This document shows, piece by piece, positions 59,416-64,000 of a stretch of DNA of 64,000 nucleotides. Both the position numbers and the translations under genes were made by a program. The stretch is from NCBI GenBank assembly GCA_964353175.1, contig CAYGUX010000002.1, forward strand, positions 214,786 through 278,785, written 5' to 3'. The notes below the pieces were generated by a model, which was not told the origin of the DNA, made no database searches, and worked only from the letters and a program-made list of their open reading frames with translations. This DNA comes from an uncultured Bdellovibrionales bacterium (GTDB lineage Bacteria > Bdellovibrionota_C > UBA2361 > SZUA-149 > DAOLCO01). Numbering within the stretch: position 1 is the first letter of the stretch; every line of letters starts with the position of its first letter.

Positions 59416-61095
59416 TTGAGCCAATACATGAACGAATCTAACGAATTTTCTGTCGAACCACTAGCCACAACTTCTGCTACTACTCCGGTGGTATTAGCAG
59501 ATAAGTTTTCTAGTATCTTAAAAAATGAAGCCCTACTTTCTAGAATGAAAGAGCTAGGCTTTGATACACCCACAGAGATCCAAGCTATGGCAATCTCTAA
59601 GGCTTTAGCGGGTAAGGACTTGATTATCAAAGCTCAAACAGGAAGCGGTAAGACTCTCGCATTTGTTTTGCCTTTGATTGAACGTTTTCAGGAGTTAGGA
59701 AAAGATAAGAACGAAACTGTAGCTCTTTTAATCGCTCCAACAAGAGAACTCTCTGTTCAAATACAAGAAGTTATTCAAGAGTTAAATTCAGACCTTGATC
59801 CAGTTTTAATAATTGGGGGAGTGGATGAGACTAAACAGAAGAAAGCTCTAGAAAAGGATGCACGTATTGTTGTAGGTACTCCAGGACGACTCTTAGATCT
59901 TATTCAAAAACGCATCTTGAAGCTTAAAACATGTAAATATTTTGTTTTAGATGAAGCAGATGAAATGTTATCAATGGGTTTCATTGAAGACATTAGAGCT
60001 ATACTTTCTAGGCTCCCTAAGAAAAGGCAGGGTCTATTTGTATCAGCTACCATAAACCCTCGAGTTGAAATGTTAGCACATAGTTTCCTTGTTAAGTCAG
60101 AGTATGTGCTAGCAGAAACTACTGAAGAAAATCTACCAAGCATTGAGCACCTTTATTGTGAAGTAGGTGGGGAGTTGTTGTCTAAGGCTTTAGCACTTTG
60201 TGATATTATTGAGGCTGAGAATCCTAGATCAGCGATTATTTTTTGTAATACTAAGTCAGAAACGGAGTTTGTTGAGCTATTATTGAGAAGGCGTGGTTTT
60301 GATGCGCGTCGTATGAATTCTGATTTGACACAATCCAAGCGTCAAGCAGTAATTGCTAAGATTAAGGCTGAAGAGTTACATCTATTAGTAGCAACGGATA
60401 TCGCAGCGCGAGGGATCGATATAGCTGAACTTGATTTAGTGATTCATTACTCCTTACATGATCAACCTGATAACTATACTCATCGAACAGGTCGGACAGG
60501 AAGAGCTGGTCATAAGGGACGAGTTATTAGTATCGTCGGCCCAAGAGATTTCGGAGCTTTTCATTATCTTAATAAGGTCTTGGATGTAGAGTTTATAAAA
60601 ATTGAATTACCTACTGATGAGGATGTAGCTAGTGCAAGATTAGCGCATCTATATAAGAAGCTTAGAGAAAATGAAGCTAAGGTTGATGGAAGAGCCTTAC
60701 TCGCCGCTAAGAAGTTGCTTAAAGATCATGGTGCCCTTAGTCAAAAAGAAGGTGAAGAGGTAAGTGAAGATTTAATAGAAGTCCTAGGTCGTTTATGTGA
60801 ATTTACTCTAGCGCATTCAGTTGCAGAAGAAGCAAAGAGTTTAGACGATGAAATGCTTCAAAAAACAGAACGAGAAAGTCGGGAAGGTCGCGGTTCCGGC
60901 AGAGGAAATGACCGCGGAAATGACCGAGGGAATGACAGGGGCGGTGACAGAAGTAGTCATAGAGGCGATGACAGAAGAGATCAAGGCAGAGGCCCATCAA
61001 GATCAAGAGGCCGCGATGACGATAGGTCAAGAGACCGAGGCAATTCAGGCGGTGGTAGTAGAGGTAGTGGTGATAGGGGCGGAAACCGAAACTAG
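59416..61095 (+). CDS. DEAD-box ATP-dependent RNA helicase with RG/RD-repeat C-terminal tail
   Basis: Q-motif, AQTGSGKT, DEAD (VLDEADEML), SAT, HRTGRTGRAG; tail RGNDRGNDRGNDRGGDR. TTG 59416 or ATG 59428 start. Confidence 0.85.
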   Translation: MSQYMNESNEFSVEPLATTSATTPVVLADKFSSILKNEALLSRMKELGFDTPTEIQAMAISKALAGKDLIIKAQTGSGKTLAFVLPLIERFQELGKDKNETVALLIAPTRELSVQIQEVIQELNSDLDPVLIIGGVDETKQKKALEKDARIVVGTPGRLLDLIQKRILKLKTCKYFVLDEADEMLSMGFIEDIRAILSRLPKKRQGLFVSATINPRVEMLAHSFLVKSEYVLAETTEENLPSIEHLYCEVGGELLSKALALCDIIEAENPRSAIIFCNTKSETEFVELLLRRRGFDARRMNSDLTQSKRQAVIAKIKAEELHLLVATDIAARGIDIAELDLVIHYSLHDQPDNYTHRTGRTGRAGHKGRVISIVGPRDFGAFHYLNKVLDVEFIKIELPTDEDVASARLAHLYKKLRENEAKVDGRALLAAKKLLKDHGALSQKEGEEVSEDLIEVLGRLCEFTLAHSVAEEAKSLDDEMLQKTERESREGRGSGRGNDRGNDRGNDRGGDRSSHRGDDRRDQGRGPSRSRGRDDDRSRDRGNSGGGSRGSGDRGGNRN

Positions 61096-61149
61096 TAATA
61101 GTTGCTTTTTTGCCTGTCAAAATGAATAAAGAAATGTAAGTGAGAAAAG

Positions 61150-61185
61150 CCCCGCCCAGAACGAAGTCTGGGACGGGGGCCAGTG
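61150..61185 (-). terminator. GC-rich hairpin gCCCCGCCCAGA-acgaag-TCTGGGACGGGGGC followed (on minus strand) by TTTTCTC; terminator for the 61186-63102 gene and likely bidirectional stop for the convergent helicase
   Basis: Stem arms 61150-61161 / 61168-61181. Confidence 0.5.
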
Positions 61186-63102
61186 CTAAGTAGTGGGAGC
61201 CTCGAAGGAGAATAGATCTCCTGCGCGATTCGCAATTTTCAATGCACAATCCTGCCAAGAATCTCCGCCTAGTGAATGAGCCTCAGCGAGAATACCCAAA
61301 ATCTCATCCACTGATATAATCGTGCCAAGATTGCTCGCGTCGGAGGAGTTTTCCACGTATCCTTTTAGTACATGTACCAAGCAGGCGAGCATCAGCTTTC
61401 TGTTGGCCCGCAAAGCCGGTACGTCTACTGAGTGTTGTAGGACTCTATATGCATACATACGTCCATGAGGCGATTCGCATCTAAGGCGTAAGAGGTGTTC
61501 TCTCAGAAGATCATCATTCAAACCCCAGAAGCGATCTAGCAGCGATGAGTCCGTTATATATGCAATGTTTATTGAAACACAAGTAAATGCGTCCTTTCGT
61601 TGTTGAGCTGTAGCATGAGGGTGCTCTACGATGTCCAGTAATAGGGGTACAATGCCCATAAGGCTATCGTCGATATGATCTGAACACAAGCCAATGAGCG
61701 TTGGGCAAACTTGAAGTGTAAGCCCCTGTACTTTCAATCTATCGTTAAGGCATCCATATGGACCGCTAAATCTAAGCGCAATCTTTCTGATTGGCGTACC
61801 TGTCCATTGTGGCTTAAGTATCTCTGAAAGATCATAAAGCCCATGGGCAAGAATCGTGGCGATATCCTCACTAATGGCCCGTGTATGACCCAAGCCTACG
61901 ATGGACATTTTTGCCATGGCCTGGACAACAACTCCACCTTGATTCCTTTCTAGTAGCCGGAGTAGGTGAGTCGCGCCATCAGAAGTACGGATCGCACCAT
62001 TTAGTAGGGCTCCAACTAAATGCACTCGTCGAACCGTAGGAGATCGATTTTCAGGAGGGACCTCTTGTGAGTAAGATCTTGGAATTTCCATCTCTGTGAA
62101 ACGAAATTGCCCTACATTAAGTACTGGGAATACGAGATCCAATACATCCTTGTTGCTCGAAAGCGCGCAGAGAAGTCTGATTACTGCTTCCTTACAACGA
62201 ATTAGGGTAATATTAGTACCCGGTAAGGTGCTTGCGCTCCCTTCTGCAAATGAAGAGTGAAGCTGCATCCCCCTATCTTTTATAACCTGAAGAGTGTCTC
62301 CTCCAATCTCTGCGAGCTTATCTATCCAATTTGGCCAATTCGGGAATGTCACGTTCTCTCTTTCTCCCTGTACTATCTGGGGTATGCAGGCTCCCAAGAT
62401 CTTCATTAGGGCCAGGGTGCAACGTTTTCTCTGATCCTCATCAGCCTGCTTGCATCCGTACAGCAAAGAGTCGATAATACGATTAGTGTAGCTTGGGGTT
62501 TCGAAAGTCTTATTTGCTAAATCCACTAATCGATTAAGACTGGTTTCTGAATGTACAGCCAAGTCAGAGAGAAATGGTAGACGAACTCTTCCAAGTCCTT
62601 CCTCTAAACTGAGAATTCTCTCTAGTAGGGTACTGGCCGAGCTTGTTGCCGAAAGATACTCTATGCACAGATTAGCCACAAGTGCTGCCGGTGTTCTTTT
62701 GTTGTCAAGAATTTTTATACAGAGTTCAGATCCGTACTCACTGCTTCCAGTGTATTCTAGAATCTTTCTAAGAGTAATTATCTGTTTTTGCTGGTCCGTA
62801 TCACCTAGGAAGTCGAACAATGGAGACCAGTGATTCCGTTGTCTGAATGCATACTCCAATGTAAGATTGAATTCTGTAGTCCATTTGTAATGCGCAATAA
62901 ATAAGGTCGGACTATTCTGTTCAAAAACCAATTGAGGAAGGTTCGTCATTCCAAGCTGTTTCGCTTGTCGAAGAAGATGAACTGCTTCTGCTACTGTCTC
63001 TTCGGTTGGTTCCTCCCACCTTGGGAGAGCACTGCGGAGTTCCTTAAGGAGGAGACTCCGATTAAAGGCGAAACGAATGGCATTGTTAGAATCTGTAGTC
63101 AT
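61186..63102 (-). CDS. Hypothetical 638-aa Leu-rich protein of unknown function; visibly GC-richer than neighbours
   Basis: Long clean ORF; codon usage shifted toward CTG/CGC/GCC; no motif recognised. Confidence 0.55.
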   Translation of the reverse strand: MTTDSNNAIRFAFNRSLLLKELRSALPRWEEPTEETVAEAVHLLRQAKQLGMTNLPQLVFEQNSPTLFIAHYKWTTEFNLTLEYAFRQRNHWSPLFDFLGDTDQQKQIITLRKILEYTGSSEYGSELCIKILDNKRTPAALVANLCIEYLSATSSASTLLERILSLEEGLGRVRLPFLSDLAVHSETSLNRLVDLANKTFETPSYTNRIIDSLLYGCKQADEDQRKRCTLALMKILGACIPQIVQGERENVTFPNWPNWIDKLAEIGGDTLQVIKDRGMQLHSSFAEGSASTLPGTNITLIRCKEAVIRLLCALSSNKDVLDLVFPVLNVGQFRFTEMEIPRSYSQEVPPENRSPTVRRVHLVGALLNGAIRTSDGATHLLRLLERNQGGVVVQAMAKMSIVGLGHTRAISEDIATILAHGLYDLSEILKPQWTGTPIRKIALRFSGPYGCLNDRLKVQGLTLQVCPTLIGLCSDHIDDSLMGIVPLLLDIVEHPHATAQQRKDAFTCVSINIAYITDSSLLDRFWGLNDDLLREHLLRLRCESPHGRMYAYRVLQHSVDVPALRANRKLMLACLVHVLKGYVENSSDASNLGTIISVDEILGILAEAHSLGGDSWQDCALKIANRAGDLFSFEAPTT

Positions 63103-63798
63103 TGCAATTTCCTAAGGAAGGTCCAACAGCTCAAGATCACCTTAGTCCGCTAAGATTTTAGCGGAAAAACATCTAAGGCCTCTCGCTAAAGATAAAAAGT
63201 AATGTTCTCTTTAGTGAAAGACCCAAAAAACCTTATTTTTCTCACTTACATCTTCTTTTAAATAAGCCGTTTTAAAACTTCAGTGACTCACAAAAAAGAA
63301 GAAAATAAGGTCATTCTACCCAAACTATGTATATGTAAAAGCAATACAGGGAATAGTATATCAGATAAGTGATTTATTCAAAATCTGATCCAAATTCTAC
63401 TTCTTCACGAGAGAGTTGAGAAGCTCGAGGTTCTGGTAGATGGATAGACAGTGATAGACGGCGAACTTAAAAAAAATCGTAGTAAGTGCTTCAATTTATT
63501 TATAGAAAATTCTATAAATAAGCGTGTGGAATATTTGACTAATTTAATGCATTAGTGTAGTCCTCGATCACCTACGTAAATAAACTATTTTTGCTCTTTC
63601 CCATTTTACTTTCGAGTAGAAGAAATTAAAGCCTCTGTCTCTTTGAGGGCTTTCTCTATTTCACAATTCCCCAAAATTCTAGATTTGAAATTCCATTGTA
63701 GAGAACTTTCATAGAGACAGAGACAGGTAATTTAAAAGGTTTTTTGGAAAACCTACCTTAGAGTCTCTTCTCCAGATACCTTTAGAAAGGGTGCTGAG

Positions 63799-64000
63799 AT
63801 GGCTAAGAAACAAAAGCGTCGGACGTTCACAAGAGTTGCAACATTGTTTGGGAGTGATCAGAGTGCTACTGAATGCATCGAAGCCTGTATGCGCAGTACA
63901 AGCGTATTAATGGGCGAGATGCAGATCGTACTCGCATATCTATTGGGTATGCTGGACCTTGAAGAAGACAGAGATCTGAACTTCTTGAGATCCGTAAGGA
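63799..64000 (+). CDS. Hypothetical protein, N-terminal 67 aa (continues beyond window)
   Basis: ATG at 63799 (MAKKQKRRTFTRVATLFGSDQSATECIEACMRS...), open to window end; same elevated GC as preceding gene. Confidence 0.35.
   Translation, partial: MAKKQKRRTFTRVATLFGSDQSATECIEACMRSTSVLMGEMQIVLAYLLGMLDLEEDRDLNFLRSVR

Noticed and set aside
60890-61080. Short GC-rich direct repeats (ggaaatgaccg x3 etc.)
   Set aside because: They encode the RGNDRGNDRGND low-complexity tail of the DEAD-box helicase; coding repeat, not a CRISPR or satellite.
61171-61185. 9-nt identity (ggacggggg) to the tmRNA T-arm, considered as a possible second att site
   Set aside because: Too short, diverges immediately on both sides, and lies 60 kb from ssrA within a terminator hairpin; chance similarity of GC-rich stems.
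60803-61258. 151-aa minus-strand ORF overlapping the helicase tail and terminator
   Set aside because: Antisense translation of the RGG-repeat region (H/R/L-rich nonsense); overlaps the real 61186-63102 gene start in another frame.

Overview
The window is a 64 kb stretch of a low-GC (about 38-42% by eye) bacterial chromosome. It is gene-dense and mostly housekeeping. Shine-Dalgarno motifs are essentially absent upstream of confident gene starts, so start-codon calls rest on ORF length and homology and carry extra uncertainty. I could not assign the organism. Bacteroidota also initiate without Shine-Dalgarno motifs, but the tmRNA tag here (ANENDYAPVALAA) does not match the Bacteroidota GENNYALAA-type tag.

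The left edge holds a P4-type tyrosine integrase, truncated by the window edge, directly downstream of a complete tmRNA (ssrA) gene. Three direct and one inverted copy of a 'tacccccA' motif lie between them. This is the attL end of an ssrA-integrated island whose body lies off-window to the left.

The rest is core-like. Recognisable genes and operons:
- heme synthesis: hemE followed by an FAD-dependent HemY/protoporphyrinogen-oxidase-type gene, likely one operon
- folate/thymidylate and chromosome segregation: thyA-folA, scpA-scpB-rluB
- RNAs and translation: initiator tRNA-fMet, rplU-rpmA-obg-rsfS
- central metabolism: class II fructose-bisphosphate aldolase, thiolase, thiC
- tRNA modification and RNA processing: a cysteine desulfurase-mnmA pair, rnc-era-der, a DEAD-box helicase
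- other: a YdiJ-like fused FAD/Fe-S oxidoreductase and an unusually long class A penicillin-binding protein

Accessory-looking content worth a second look:
- a complete VapBC-type toxin-antitoxin pair, an orphan Phd/YefM-like antitoxin with a perfect 12-bp palindrome at its start, and a decayed PIN-toxin remnant
- a HelD-like helicase tightly linked to a YjbQ-family gene
- a 953-aa protein fusing an unknown N-terminal region to a glycogen-synthase catalytic domain, next to a stand-alone cNMP-binding protein
- an overlapping SbcD-like nuclease / SMC-like ATPase pair (YhaO/YhaN-like) whose ATPase carries a transmembrane hairpin in its coiled coil
- an orphan VirB2/TrbC-pilin-like small membrane protein
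- a truncated kinase-like ORF with no canonical start
- a 36-aa small ORF with a strong intrinsic terminator
- a compositionally distinct, GC-richer locus at the right edge (61.2-64 kb) encoding a 638-aa protein of unknown function

I found no CRISPR array, rRNA or transposase, and no confidently identifiable multi-gene defence system. All family assignments come from reading motifs by eye, not from database searches.
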